64,000 nt of DNA. It comes from Octopus sinensis. Its lineage: Eukaryota. The translations under genes were made by a program, and so were the position numbers. Positions within the stretch are counted from its first letter, which is position 1, and each line of letters opens with the position of its first letter. Positions 1 to 12,490 of the stretch are shown piece after piece. The stretch is from positions 128,402,001-128,466,000 of the forward strand of contig NC_043001.1 in assembly GCF_006345805.1 (NCBI RefSeq). Direction: 5' to 3'. The notes under the pieces were generated by a model. The model saw only the letters and a program-made list of their open reading frames with translations, did no database searches and had not been told where the DNA came from.

Positions 1-1598
1 TATATATTTTTTATTGCCGTGTCGATGAAGATGGTTGTTACTGGATGTAAAAATAATTCTCTTTTCTTTCTTTTTTTTTATCTCGACGAGGTTTTTTTTT
101 AAAACTAGATTGCACGTGTGTACATCCGTATGTAATGCATTCTTATGGATGGATGGGTGTGCTAGTAAATATTGGCCTTGTGTGTGTAGTGTGAGCGTTT
201 AGGGAGTGTGTGCATTTGTATACTTAGTGCTCAAATCATAAAGACCGATCGTCAACAATATTGTTGGAATTTAAATGCTGGAAAGATATTGAAAATATAA
301 ACTACAAAATAGCAACATTATTTATTCTCGACTCGTTTTGGCTTTTTATGTTTACATAACGAATGTTATAATGTTATTAAGAGAATGCTTCTAGATACCC
401 CTATGAATCTCAGTGTCCACATTGAATCTATTTTAAACATTCTTTCTCATTATAAAGTTTTATTTCCAAGGATTTGTAATCATGTTCTCTCTTTATATTT
501 TCTAATGGTCACTGACGATTCAGAGATCGACCTTTATTTACACGAGTGGATTCTCCGAAATTCTCAGGGGCCTAAAGAGGACTTGAATGTACATACAGTA
601 TGTAGAAAAATGCCGAAACATTAATTATATAGTGTTCCAGCTGTTTGGACCAATAAGCAGTACATATAAATACACCTATTCGGTGTTGGCAAGACAGGTC
701 TACAGATTATTGTGACATGCTCCAAACACTGCCCTGTATTATACAAATAGTGGCTGGATATGATTTGACTGTGCTGGTGTGGGTGACACCAAAAGAAAAC
801 TGCACACAGCTATAATGTTGATGTCTCTCGCGGCTTAAATTCACACAATTGCATGGAAGGATCATTGTCTATTTTATTTAATCGATCATAGTACATGATT
901 AGCTAGTACACTTACTCTATCGGTGCCACAAGGAGGAAGCGCAGTCAGTCACAGCAAAATTTGGATTCAAAACGCAAAGCATTTAGTCCGGCTTTCCACC
1001 CATTGGGCCATTTACACTAATTTTTTATATAAGTAAATCATTTCAATTATAAAATGTAGATAATGATGTGAAGTGATGTGTTTCTTCTAATGAAGAATCG
1101 AAACTAAGTTTCACTATCACTATCATACAGCACTTGTCATGAACTCAATAAACGATAATTGCCATCATTAATTTGGAAACTTCGGTATTTGGGGAAAGTA
1201 GCTTGGATGGTTATTTGTAATATCCATAAACTTGTTGATTTTGTGTTACAAACGAATATGATATGATGTAGAGCTACAATAGTGTAACCGAACTATCGAG
1301 GAAAATGTAGGACTAAAAGTATTTGGTGAGATCGTAATTGACCTGTGTTTCCGACTTATCGATAAACTGACGTATTGTTTGTAAATCGATGTTCGTTCTC
1401 CGCAGTAATTGCTCTCTCTCTCTCTCTCTCTCTCCCCACTCTCGTTCCCATCACTTTTCATTCTATCTAGACTTTATTTTAAATCACAATGGGCCTTTTC
1501 TTTGAGTATGTTTCAGGACATTAGTTCGCCATTCTATCATGAAATATCATTCAAATGTAATTTCTCTTGGCTAGATAGACACAAAAGAATTTTGATTA

Positions 1599-1977
1599 TA
1601 CTCTTTTACTTGTTTCAGTCATTTGACTGCGGCCATGCTGGAGCACCGCCTTTAGTCGAGCAAATCGACCCCGGGACTTATTCTTTGTAAGCCCAGTACT
1701 TATTCTATCGGTCTCTTTTGCCGAACCGCTAAGTGACGGGGACGTAAACACACCAGCATCGGTTGTCAAGCAATGTTAGGGGGACAAACACAGACACACA
1801 AACATATACACACACACTTATATATATATACATATATACGACAGGCTTCTTTCAGTTTCCGTCTACCAAATCCACTCACAAGGCATTGGTCGGCCCGGGG
1901 CTATAGCAGAAGACACTTGCCCAAGATGCCACGCAGTGGGACTGAACCCGGAACCATGTGGTTGGTTAGCAAGCTTC
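1599..1977 (-). mobile_element. tRNA-derived SINE, family A (~400 bp), 5' end missing
   Basis: Reverse complement of the family A copies at 55279 and 62599: tRNA-like head, CTTGGGCAAGTGTCTTCT core, central TA/CA tract, tail CCAGCATGGCCGCAGTCAAATGACTGAAACAAGTAAAAGA. Confidence 0.9.
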
Positions 1978-2019
1978 TTCTTTTTTTTTTTTTTTTTTTT
2001 TAATTATTCAGGAGTTATA

Positions 2020-2243
2020 CGAGGGGTTGCTAAAAAGTTCTTGGCTTTAAGGGTTTTGCGAAAGGCCTAGTTGGAGGCCCAACCTTCCGAGTTCTTTTAC
2101 AGGACTTAGAAAAACTGAAGGACCACTGCAATAAGTGTGCGGATCTGAAAGAGGAATATGTCGAATAAAATCATAATTAACTGATCCTCCTGTATTTTCT
2201 TTTATCTAAAACCAAGAACTTATCAGCACCTACACCCTCCTTG
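2020..2243 (+). mobile_element. mariner-derived MITE
   Basis: TA-flanked; TIR CGAGGGGTTGCTAAAAAGTTCTTGG vs CCAAGAACTTATCAGCAC...CTTG; internal remnant KLKDHCNKCADLKEEYVE* resembles a mariner transposase C-terminus; second copy at 19298-19500. Confidence 0.7.
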
Positions 2244-2292
2244 TATAGTCAGTTAAACGATCTCAGTATATTGTTCAATCAACACCACCACC

Positions 2293-2753
2293 TGGGGAAA
2301 GACCCCCCCCATTTTCCCACAAATTATTATTGTTATTATTTTGCCCAAACCCCTCGCTATCTCCCCCCCCCCGATTTCTTCATTTTTCACTTATTTTTCT
2401 TTAACCTTAACTGTAACCCCCAACGCTAATCCTAACCCTAAAACCTCAACTCTAACCACTTTCAGAATCATAATCTCCATATTTTTCTGCATATTTAGAA
2501 AAAAAGAAAAAATTTCACAAAAATTTTGGGAAATTTTTTTCAGAATCATAATCTCTGTATTTTTCCGCATATTTTGAAAAAGAGAATTTCTGAAAAAAGT
2601 TGGAAATGAAGAAATTAGGTGTGTGTGTCTGGGGAGGGGGTGAGTAACTTCAAAATGCTGATTTTTGGCAATTTTTTTGCAGATTCGTATTCTTCATAGC
2701 TGTAGGAAAAAAAGGGGTGTTTTGGGGGGAGTACAAAAGGAAGTCTTTTCCCA
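2293..2753. repeat. Unclassified non-autonomous element with short inverted ends and a degenerate TAACCC-like tract
   Basis: TGGGGAAAGAC at 2293 vs GTCTTTTCCCA at 2743-2753; degenerate TAACCC units at ~2400-2460; internal duplicated TTTCAGAATCATAATCTC. Confidence 0.3.
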
Positions 2754-2866
2754 CCTGTATCATTTCGGAGACCACTCTGTTGGGATCAGTTTGTCCAGGT
2801 TTCTGGGCTGAATATAAGTTCCCACTTTCTCCCACCAATCGCAGAGACCTTGAAGTGGGTAACAGG

Positions 2867-2965
2867 CAGGGGTGGACTGAGGGTATTGAGAGCCCTCAGG
2901 CATAACTGTTGGAGCTCCGAGATCTTGGGCAGTGCCCAATTGACCAAAAGTTCAGTCCGCTCCTG
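2867..2965. mobile_element. 99-bp hAT-type MITE
   Basis: TIRs CAGGGGTGGACTGA / TCAGTCCGCTCCTG; perfect 8-bp TSD GTAACAGG at 2859-2866 and 2966-2973. Confidence 0.85.
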
Positions 2966-3918
2966 GTAACAGGTGTGACCCCACCTTCACTAATATCGTA
3001 AAGAGTTTAGTATGAGGCTCTACATTCTATCAACCACTTTTATTACCCCACATCTACCAGTAATAATAAATTTTGTTTTTGTTATCTCTTTTAGTAAGGA
3101 AATGATGATGTACTTATCATAATTGACTTAAGTGTACTTTGCTCACACTATGTGGCTGTTTCTTGTCAGCCTCTGACAAGATTTGAACTGGTAGTTAGGA
3201 GTCGCTGAATTATCCTGTACAGCTGGCTACCGTCTGTTCAGGTTCTTTTGCGCTAATTACATGTACATAAATATGGCTAAAGTAGTACAGATGATAGCTA
3301 AACTATTATTATGTTTGCTAATAATAATAATAATATATCAGCTCTGCTGAAAGATTGTTTTTACAATATGAATTAAAAACACACAGTCATATATGCTTAC
3401 TAAAATACCAAATATTAGTTGACATTTTAAAATGACAGTATGTAAATAACTTTAAATGTTTTCAGAGCCTTTGTTTATATAATTCAGGCACATTTTTGAG
3501 GTTCCTTTCTATCAGGGTCTCTTTTCAATGTGATCTTATTATAATTGTTTAAATAGATCCTGTGGTTTGAGTGCTCAACATCACAAATGCCCTTAAATTT
3601 TAAGTCTTGAGTGCTCTGTCCAATAAACTTGTCAAATAACTGAAAGTTAAGAAGCACTGCATTTTACAGTGCTCTGCTTAGCTGCCTCTAATGATTTTTG
3701 ATATCTATTTATAATTTAGTATACTGAACCAGGGAGAGTTTTAAGTTAATTTGTCTAGATCAATGATGTATGAACAACCAACTCTCTGGTTGGTAGTTCA
3801 ATTTCCCTATTGACTTGGCTAGTTTCAAAAGATTTACTGTTAAAGGCAATGTTGCATCATTAATGGATTGCTCTTTGGAATAGATTATGCCTCATGCTTG
3901 GTAAATAGGTTTTCTTAA

Positions 3919-4144
3919 CCCTTTAGCATTTAATCCGGCCATATCCAGCCCAAATAGACTCCTTGTTTTTTTTTTTTTGTTAAAATTGACCTGATCCAAC
4001 TTCTCACACTGATCTTACAATGCCATTCTAAAAATATACAAACACACTTTGAAATCTTGAAGCTACAGAATAATGCCTGATTAGTTCAAAATAATGTGAA
4101 TTAATAGTTAATACATTTGACAAAGAAATCTGAATACTAAAGGG
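3919..4144 (+). mobile_element. piggyBac-like TTAA MITE (family P)
   Basis: TTAA|CCCTTTAGCATT ... ACTAAAGGG|TTAA; body matches other family P copies. Confidence 0.85.
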
Positions 4145-5019
4145 TTAAATACCCTCTGAGTATTCTCCAAAAAAAATTCTGCCAGATTATAAAGATGACC
4201 TTATAATGAAACAGCATCAACTGTCTCAAATGTACAGTCTTGCTATGCAATGAAACTTTTTGTCCTTGAGATCAGAATATATAAAATGTTACTTTTCAGT
4301 TGAATCTGTGGTCTTGTTCAATTCTCAGTTGTAGCCATTGTACCTACCTCACTTATATAACTAATTCCATAGGAAAAGTCCTAGACACATAATTTGAAAT
4401 ACCTCTTTACAATTCTGAAGACTTCTAGGTTTCTCACTAAACAAAATGAAGAGTGTGAAACACTTACGAGTGAGCATTATTACAGTTTTTGCCTCCCTCT
4501 TTTTAAATGTGTATACATAGATTATTGGCTGTACTGTGACAATCTCATTCTTCTAATTTTAACTCTTATCAGGGTAGTTGAAAATGTCAGTGAGCTGAGT
4601 TTCTGTGCCAAGTGTTTAATTGACTAAAAAAAAAACGAAACAATTCTCTTCAATTGCTAGTAACTGTAGGTCGTTATATGAAACTCAACTGGATGTCAAG
4701 AATGTGCTTTAGCTGTCAAGCAACAGTCTTCAAAATTTCTAGCCTAAAACTTTTTGGAGCCGTCTTTGATATTTTCTTGTTGGCAAAATACCTTTGTCAT
4801 AAACTTTTCAAATACTTCAAATTGAAAAAAAAAACCCAAAAAAAACCTGCTAAAAGTGTTATTCCTTGTGAGTGTGTGTAATAGTGATGCTATGCCTGTT
4901 TGAGGATCTCAATAGATTATCAATATTGTATTTTTTTTTTACGTGTTCTTTTGGACAATGATCTATCTTCTCTGCCCACTTCTTGGGAGGGTTGTGTGGA
5001 GCAAGTCTTCAGGTACTTC

Positions 5020-5580
5020 CTTCATAGGGTCCTTTCAGAAGCAACTGCTATTAGACTTTCCTGCTGGATTCCCAGGCATAACCAACTGAGACTATGGATA
5101 TTATCCAACCCATCTCATTCTTGATCTCCTGCCAGTTGGTTCAGCTTGAATAATCTTGCAATTCTTTCCTGCTACATTCTAAACACATGTAGAACTGGAG
5201 CTGTGATCTCTCAATACAAAGAAGTAGCAGCCTGACATAAAGAGAGACTCTCTGAGCTACATACCTTGTTGAATGATGTTACTCCGGAGACCTTTCGGAG
5301 GAACCCATTTGGGGAACTTGTATTTACAATCATACTCTTTCAGTCATTACATTTCTCTAGGTGAGGATAGGCACAAAAAGTTTGAGCCTTGTTTTCCTCC
5401 TACTCATCATTTGACATCCATGGCACTAGCATCAGTATCAGTTCTGTTGAGGCAGATGGGTCTTCTTGAGTACAGCAATGTGCCAGATATCTCAGTCCTT
5501 AGTCTTGCGATTGGCCTTTTATATTTCATTCCATGTCTCCCTGGGCCTCCCTCTTCCACAAGTTCCATCCACTTTCAGTG
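5020..5580 (-). mobile_element. Two degenerate RTE-type LINE ORF2 C-terminal fragments
   Basis: Minus strand reads GRRSRMRWLDNIHSLSWLCLGIQQESLIAVASER (RTE-like GRPRxRWxD motif) at ~5020-5130; 5440-5580 is homologous to the RTE fragments at 21100-21350 and 31780-31880. Confidence 0.45.
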
Positions 5581-6523
5581 ATTGGCACATGTAGGGTTGG
5601 TTCTCATCTTTCTTGAATTGGTAATAAGTATTTGCAAAGTATTGTATTGACTTCTTAAAAAGTTGTGAAAGTGTGTAACTTGGGCTTATTTCGTGTGATG
5701 ATATGTTGCATTCTCTTTTGCTGAAAAAAGTGTTCTTCCCACCTTTGAGGTCAGCCAGCTGGAAGAAAGAAATGGAGAGAGATTCTAATTTACAAGCTAA
5801 TATCTACTTGCCGGACATATTTAATATATATTAGTAAAATGTTAAACTTCAAATAAGAAATATAATGTATAAAAAAACCCCATCATTTTGAAAGGTTAAT
5901 CAATGTAAAATGATGTGATTATGCAAACTGGTACTTGGAACAATTCCTACATTTTAAACTGAATGATTTTTGCCTAGTAACAAAATACAGATTTATTGAG
6001 CAAATACATGTAGCTTTGTAATTTTATATCACAATTGAGGAAAATTATATATCATTATAGTACAGACGTTCTGAAATAAATGTTGAAATTGTTTAAAATA
6101 TTCTTCAGCTTAAACAATTGACTCATAATTTTGCTTTTTTTTTCTTCTCCCTTTTCGTTTCATTTGAAGTGTTCAGAAGCACTGAAGGTTGGATGGGTCT
6201 GCACAGTATATTTTCCTATATACAAGACATTGTTGGAACAGTTGTTATTTAGCTGTAGGTCAGCTCTGATCATGCAGATCCATGATAAAAAGGCATTCTA
6301 GCCTTGACCATCCAGTCTTTTTGTATATCTAGTACGACATTGTCTAGTGTATTTTTTAAAATTTGGTTGTGTGAGATTTGAAGGAATTTAGTTGTTATTT
6401 CTTGCTGGGTGACCAACTGCATAAAGACACCTACATTGACTCATCAGAGCAGAGATTTCTTTCTCTGTAATGAGCATGCTGATTGAAAGATCAAATATCT
6501 ATTATCAAAGGGTATATTGAATT

Positions 6524-6728
6524 CCCTCTCTCTCTTTCGGAGAGGCACTGAGCACCTACACGCACACATACACACACGGCAGTAACTGATGCCTACCGAA
6601 TTCAATCACAAAGCTTCGGTCGACTCGGGGCTATAGTGGAAGACACCTGCCCAAAGTGCCATGCAGTGGGACTGAACCCGAAACCATGTAGCTAGGAAGC
6701 AAGCTCCCTAACCACACAGCCATGCCCA
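6524..6728 (-). mobile_element. Short SINE subfamily A' (~200 bp)
   Basis: Family A head and core with a different short 3' end; closely similar copy at 15728-15930. Confidence 0.8.
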
Positions 6729-7289
6729 TTGTAAAAATGCTTAGCCTAGTAGTTAGGGTGCTTGGCAAACAATGTTACGGTTGTGGGTTTGCATCTTGAG
6801 CCAGTTGTTACGTTGTGTTCTTGAACAAGGCACTTCACTCCACATTGCTGCAGTCTGCTCACTTAAAAACAAACACCAGCATAATGCTGGTTCAGCCCCC
6901 CCCCTCTCTCTCCAACTTTCATGTCCTTAACGTTCCAAGAGAGTACCTGTCTGCTTGCGACTACACAGACACCTTAAAACAATTAGCAAAAGCCAGGTAC
7001 ATACAACCAGGTTATACTTGTTTATGAGTGATGACTATCATTCAGCTATGTTTGAATTTTTATAGGACTCTTAGTGTTGACCCATTGGCATTTGAATCAG
7101 CCCTGTCTGACCCAAATATTCTACCTGTTCTAAGTTCAGATTTGCAATATCTGGCCTCTCACACCTACCCTACAATGTCATTTTGAAAGTAAACAATCAC
7201 ATCATCAAAATCTCAAAGCTATGAGATAATGCATGTCTAATTCAAGACTGAATAAATAAACATTACATTTAACAAATAATATAAATACT

Positions 7290-7526
7290 AATAGGTAGAA
7301 GACCCATCTGCCACAGCAGAATTGATACTGGTGCAGGTACCTCATAAAAAGTACCCAGTACACTCGGTGGAGTGGTTCGCATTAGGAAGGGCACCCAGCT
7401 GTAGAAAACATGCCAGAACAGACAATGGTGCCTGATGTAGCCCCTAGCCTTACCAGCTCCAGTCAAACCGTCCAACCCATGCCAGCATGGGAAATAGATG
7501 TTAAATGGTGATGATGATGATGATGT
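7290..7526 (+). mobile_element. RTE-type LINE 3' UTR / RTE-tail SINE (family R)
   Basis: TTAGGAAGGGCAcCCAGCTGTAGAAA ... AACCCATGCCAGCATGG ... GTTAAA followed by a (TGA)n tail, shared by more than 10 copies. Confidence 0.75.
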
Positions 7527-8000
7527 TGGAAAGTTCTGACTATCATGCTTTTCTTAAAAGTGAAACAAGAAGTGAAAGCTTGGTTGCAAACTCCAAGTTG
7601 CTCACCTCCGATTCCCCTTATGCTTATCAGTTGGCTGCAAATTAATACATTTGCAATAGCAATCATTGACTGCATGAAGACTGAATATTTTTTTCGGTTT
7701 CAGTTTTTAACTATCCGGCGATCCAGACTCCATATTGTTTGCTTATTTGATGTTAAACTTTCTTGTCTATAAAACATGACATAATCACCTTCATATTTTC
7801 TTTTACATGCTTTCATTTTTCAAATTGAATGACCTTTATGGACTGTATAAATTATTATTTAGCTGTCAAAGAAATATTGATTCTCTGCTTTCAAATCATG
7901 TTTGTCACTACACAAATGTTTCATTTCTATATCTAAGAGATGAGGAATTATGTACATTATTTACATTTGACAGATATTTGTTCTCATCTTGTTTGTTGTT

Positions 8001-8046
8001 AACACAATGTTTCGACTAATATAACCTCCAGCCTTCATCAGGTGTC
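8001..8046 (-). ncRNA. Minimal hammerhead ribozyme motif (left arm; stem III palindrome decayed to ACAU)
   Basis: Minus strand: GACAC CUGAUGA A GGCUG-loop-UAGUC GAA ACAU U GUGUU. Confidence 0.5.
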
Positions 8047-8258
8047 TTGGGGAAATTTCGAACTTGAGTTCTTATTCTTAAGGTATTTTTCGATGTTGTT
8101 CCACTACCTGGAATCGAACTCGGAATCTGTGCTCTTAACCTCTATACCATATGCCCTTGGGCAATTATGGAGTGAATTTTAGGGCTTATAAATCTAATAA
8201 TAATAAAGATATCGCAAAATACCTTAGGAATGAGAACCCAGGTTTGAAATTTCTCCAG

Positions 8259-8304
8259 GACACCTGAAGAAGGCTGGAGAGTATATCAGCTGAAACGTTG
8301 TGTT
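8259..8304 (+). ncRNA. Minimal type I hammerhead ribozyme motif (Penelope-type)
   Basis: GACAC CUGAAGA A GGCUG-gagaguauau-CAGCU GAA ACGU U GUGUU: stem I GACAC/GUGUU, core CUGANGA and GAAA, 5-bp stem II, palindromic ACGU stem III. Confidence 0.55.
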
Positions 8305-8957
8305 AACAACAAACAAGATGAGAACAAATATCTGTCAAACGTAAATAATGTACAAAGGTTTCATTTTATCTTCAGTATCATTTGTTTGTTTTTATGTTCA
8401 CTTTTCCACAAGATGGAAATATAATGCCACAATTGAGGCATTATATTATTGTAAGATGCTCTCCTTGTGGTTAAACCTCACCTGTTTTTCAAGTAATGGA
8501 TTTTTTTAAATATTCTAATTGTCTTTAAAAGTGCAAAACTATGGAACAATTTCTTAGCAGTTAATGTCTCAAACATCACTTTTTTTGCGCATGGATACAG
8601 AAAGTAAAAATGCCGACATATAAGCATGCACATATACATACATGCGTACGTATATATGTATGTACACCTGTGTGTGTATGCATGCATGTGTGTGTGTGTG
8701 CTTCCTTATAGTTTCTATTAATAATTCACTCACAAGGCATTGGGTGGCCCAAGTAGAAGATGCTTGCCCAAAATGTCATCCAGTGGAATAGAACTTGACA
8801 TGATATTGTACCAAGGTATGCTCCATATCCATATGCTCAGGCCTCTGTCATCAATATCTTTCTTTTTTCTTTGTAATTCCAATAGTAACAAATCATATAG
8901 TAAGTGGCAAAATCCCATAGCTGTTTCATTTCATTTAACCATTTTAATACTGTGGAA

Positions 8958-9333
8958 GCACTCCGTCGGTTACGACGACGAGGGTTCCGGTTGATCCGAT
9001 CAACTGAACAGCCTGCTCGTGAAATTAACGTGTAAGTGGCTGAGCACTCCACAGACACGTGTACCCTTAACGTAGTTCTCGGGGATATTCGGCGTGACAT
9101 AGAGAGTGACAAGGCCGGCCCTTTGAAATACAGGTACAACAGAAACAGGAAGTAAGAGTGAGAGAAAGTTGTGGTGAAAGAGTACAGCAGGGATCACTAC
9201 CATCCCCTGCCGGAGCCTTGTGGAGCTTTAGGTGTTTTCGCTCAATAAACACTCACAACGCCTGGTCTGGGAATCGAAACCGTGATCCTACGACCGCGAG
9301 TCCGCTGCCCTAACCACTGGGCCATTGCACCTC
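8958..9333 (-). mobile_element. tRNA-derived SINE, family C (~375 bp)
   Basis: Minus-strand head GGTGCAATGGCCCAGTGGTTAGGGCAGCGGACTCGCGGTCGTAGGATCACGGTTTCGATTCCC (A and B boxes); second copy at 33158-33528. Confidence 0.85.
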
Positions 9334-10524
9334 CCCACCTGAAACTGTTGCTGGTTATATGATACAAATTTGAGATATAAACCCGACAGCTAACTCCATG
9401 TTGCTCATGTATTTGAATGACTACTTACTTTACTTACTGTTTGATTGGTGCTAAGTAAGCTTGAATGGATGCAAAGTTTGCTCAGGATGTTGGATAACCA
9501 TGCAGGCATGTTTTACAGTAATTTTTGACTCGGTTCTTTATGTGTGTGTGTGTGTGTGTGTGTGTTTTGCACAGGTTGACTTAATTTTAATCACCTCAGT
9601 TCAGTTATCTGTTTGAGCTAGATACACGATTTGGGAATGTTTCCAAAGGGAGACTGGTCTCCGGTAGGGTTGAAGGTTTATATCCCTTCCACTTCTTTCT
9701 CAAGGAACGGCAGCTAAGCATTTCAGTTCATTGAGAGCCTCCTAAATCCAAGAAAACATTAAATTTCTTTTTAAACTTACAAATGAGCAAGTCTTCCAGT
9801 TGTTCAATCTACTCGCTGAATTAATATGTGAAGTGGTTGAATATTCCTCAGAAATGTATACTCTCTCAAATAGAATCAGCATGATAGTGTGACGATAGGG
9901 CTGGACCTTTGAGTTACAGACACAACTCATGGGCTTCTACAAAGTCTCCATCTACCCAGTTTCACTTACAAGGCCTGAGATAATCTAAGGCTGTGGTAAA
10001 GACACTCGAGAGACCACACTGTGGGCTCAAACACAAGACCTCATGGTTGCAATGTAAACTTCTTAACCACCCCTCTATGTTGATATTCTTATATTGGTAA
10101 TGTTGCATTGCATTATATTTAATTTTCTCTTTCTCTCTCAGTTTCACAAATATTTCATGCCTGCAAGTAAAATTCTGTAATTTATTAATTATGTCTCAGA
10201 AGGTGTGTATGGGGGGAGGGTGGAAGGTGAGCCTATGTGTAATTAAATTCTCAATTGACATGTTTAATTAAACCCAACATCAAGCCTAATTTTAGCATCC
10301 ATTTGAGTTTTAGCTGTTATAGCACTTGGGGAAAGAAATCTCTTCTATTGTCAATACTGACAATGATATTACCAAAGTGACAAGAAAAATTATTTCTTCA
10401 GATTAACCACACAGACAATCTACTCCAGTATGTTCATTCCTGGCACTTATTCTATTGACCAAAATCCAAATTTTAAGTCAACCACACTTTGAATTAAACT
10501 GTGGACCCTGAGGCACCAATTTAA

Positions 10525-10743
10525 CCCTTCTGTGATTATATTTGTGAGTGGATACACAGCTTGAGTGTTTTGATTAATTTAGAAAGATTGAGTATAATGC
10601 CTAATGTTTCCATTATTAAACTGGTGTTTGGAGCTTAAAATGTTTGTACATAACAACTTCAGTTAAAATATGAACACTTTAAAACTAGAAAATTTTTGTG
10701 CGTTTCTGGAATCAAAGAAGTTAAACGTTATAAAATCAAAGGG
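10525..10743. mobile_element. Second, degenerate TTAA-flanked MITE family
   Basis: TTAA|CCCTTCTGTGATTATA ... TTATAAAATCAAAGGG|TTAA; body unrelated to family P. Confidence 0.45.
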
Positions 10744-10860
10744 TTAAACGTTATAAAATAAGGGTGCACATTTCACACAAAGTGGAAAGGACTAGGTAAC
10801 CTAAAAGAACTCAGGTGCAAGTTATATAGCATTTTCATATTAAGTGGTTAAACATTTTAA

Positions 10861-11287
10861 TCCTTTAGTATTTAAACCAGCCATGTCTGGCCCAAACATT
10901 CTGGTTTATGTTTAAACCAGCTGGATCCAATTTGTCACACCTACCATAAAAATAAGCAATCATACCATCAAAATCTCACATCTTCAAGATAATGTATGAT
11001 TAATTTAACCCTTTAACATTCAAATTAATCTGTCAAATGTAAAGCCTGTTTAATTACATTGTTTTAAATTAATTGTACAGCATCATGTAACCCTGAGATT
11101 TTGATGATGCCCCTGTTTATTTTTAGAATGATTTTGTAGGGTAGGTGTGAGAGGTCAGAGCTAGCTGGTTTGAGCATAAACCAGGAAGACAATTTTGGCC
11201 TGATATGGCTGGTTTAAACACTAAAGGGTTAAAACAATGTGAATAAACAAGCATTATATTTGACAAAGAAATCTGAATGCTAAAGGG
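10861..11287. mobile_element. Family P MITE with a second family P copy (11009-11228) nested in opposite orientation
   Basis: Outer copy is split at ATGATTAAT|TTAA...TTAA|AACAATGTG; inner copy has its own CCC/GGG ends and TTAA TSD (11005-11008, 11229-11232). Confidence 0.8.
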
Positions 11288-11837
11288 TCAAATATAAAAT
11301 AGTACTATTGTTAAGGTGGAAATAGTTGAGACAGTAGTGTGAGATGTATCCATTTTTCCTTACTGGCACAGGCTTGATAAACCTTGTTGAGGCAGTTTTT
11401 CTACATACATGCAAATATATATAACTTAAAGGCCTTACATTATGAAATTTTTACCCTTCCAAATTGTGGGTTAAAATCCTGGCTTACTACAATGCACTAG
11501 TGTTGTTTTAATTTTGTTACCATATTCTGTTTCAAATAATTTCTAAAATAATGAAGAATTTAGTGAGATAACTGTCATTACCAAACTGTTCTCTAGAGCA
11601 TATGATACATTGATGAAAGCTTTTAATTTGGATTGCTCTAAAGCAGGAAATTTGGGAAATTATAGAACTGGGAATGGTCTCAGGCAGATTGATATCAAAA
11701 GGGTTAATTGGCTGTTTTCCTTCCTTACTATAATTTGTCTCTTGCATAATTAGAATACAAAATGAAAATATATTTTTACTTTTTGGTGCCACCATGGCTG
11801 TGGGGTTAGGAAGTTTTCTTCAGAACCACTTGATTAA

Positions 11838-12056
11838 CCCTTTAGCATTCAAACCGGCCATATCCAGCCAAAATATTTAACCTGTTTTATATTGAAACTG
11901 ACCATTCTTGCCCCTCACCTCAACCCTACCATGTCATTCTAAAACTAAAAAATCACATCACTGAAATCTCTAAACTACAAGATAATGCATGATTAATTCA
12001 AACCATTTTAAATAAACAAACATCACATTTGACAGAATAATCTGAACACTAAAGGG
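11838..12056 (+). mobile_element. Family P TTAA MITE
   Basis: TTAA|CCCTTTAGCATTC ... CACTAAAGGG|TTAA; very similar to 16553-16772 and 24679-24898. Confidence 0.9.
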
Positions 12057-12059
12057 TTA

Positions 12060-12159
12060 AGAGTTCAGTCCCACTATGTGGAAATTGTCAATTGGTCTCC
12101 TCTACTGTAGCTGTGGGTTGATCAACATCTTGGGTGAAATTTGGTTGACAGAAACTGGA

Positions 12160-12190
<31 letters not shown>

Positions 12191-12490
12191 ACAGTGCATG
12201 CTGATTGTAAATTAAAGCATCACCATTCATACAAAAGGTGCCATTTGTATTTCTTTGTGAATGCATATCTGGGTTTTATGACAAGTCTCGAAAAGTGCTG
12301 ATTCTAACCAGTGATGTTTGTTTACTCCTCTAGACGTCCATTGTTTGATATAAACTGAAGGAATGATTATCACGCTTGGAAAAAGGTGAAAATTGACATC
12401 AGCAAGGAAATCTGGTTATAGAAAATTTTGCCTCACTGAAGTCTCATCTGACCCATGCAAGCTTGCAAAAGTAGACATTAAAACAATGAT
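12060..12490 (+). mobile_element. Old composite SINE (family D: family A-like head and core, CATGCAAGCATGGAAAAGTGGACGTTAAA-type tail)
   Basis: GAGTTCAGTCCCACT head remnant, (TG)n, tail homologous to 13085-13330, 22080-22320 (-) and 60900-61170. Confidence 0.55.

Larger units (their letters stand above)
7950..8355. mobile_element. Palindromic element: inverted pair of Penelope-like terminal repeats around a tRNA-like head
   Basis: ~140-bp arms at 7950-8090 and ~8215-8355 are reverse complements; the central part carries a B box on the minus strand (GGAATCGAAC at 8110-8119); related copy at 28365-28628. Confidence 0.7.

Noticed and set aside
2400-2460. Telomeric repeat or interstitial telomere
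   Set aside because: Only a few degenerate TAACCC-like units inside a repeat element.
9575-9760. Acceptor TTTTGCACAG after a (TG)n run
   Set aside because: No convincing donor or open frame downstream; cannot be supported without transcript data.
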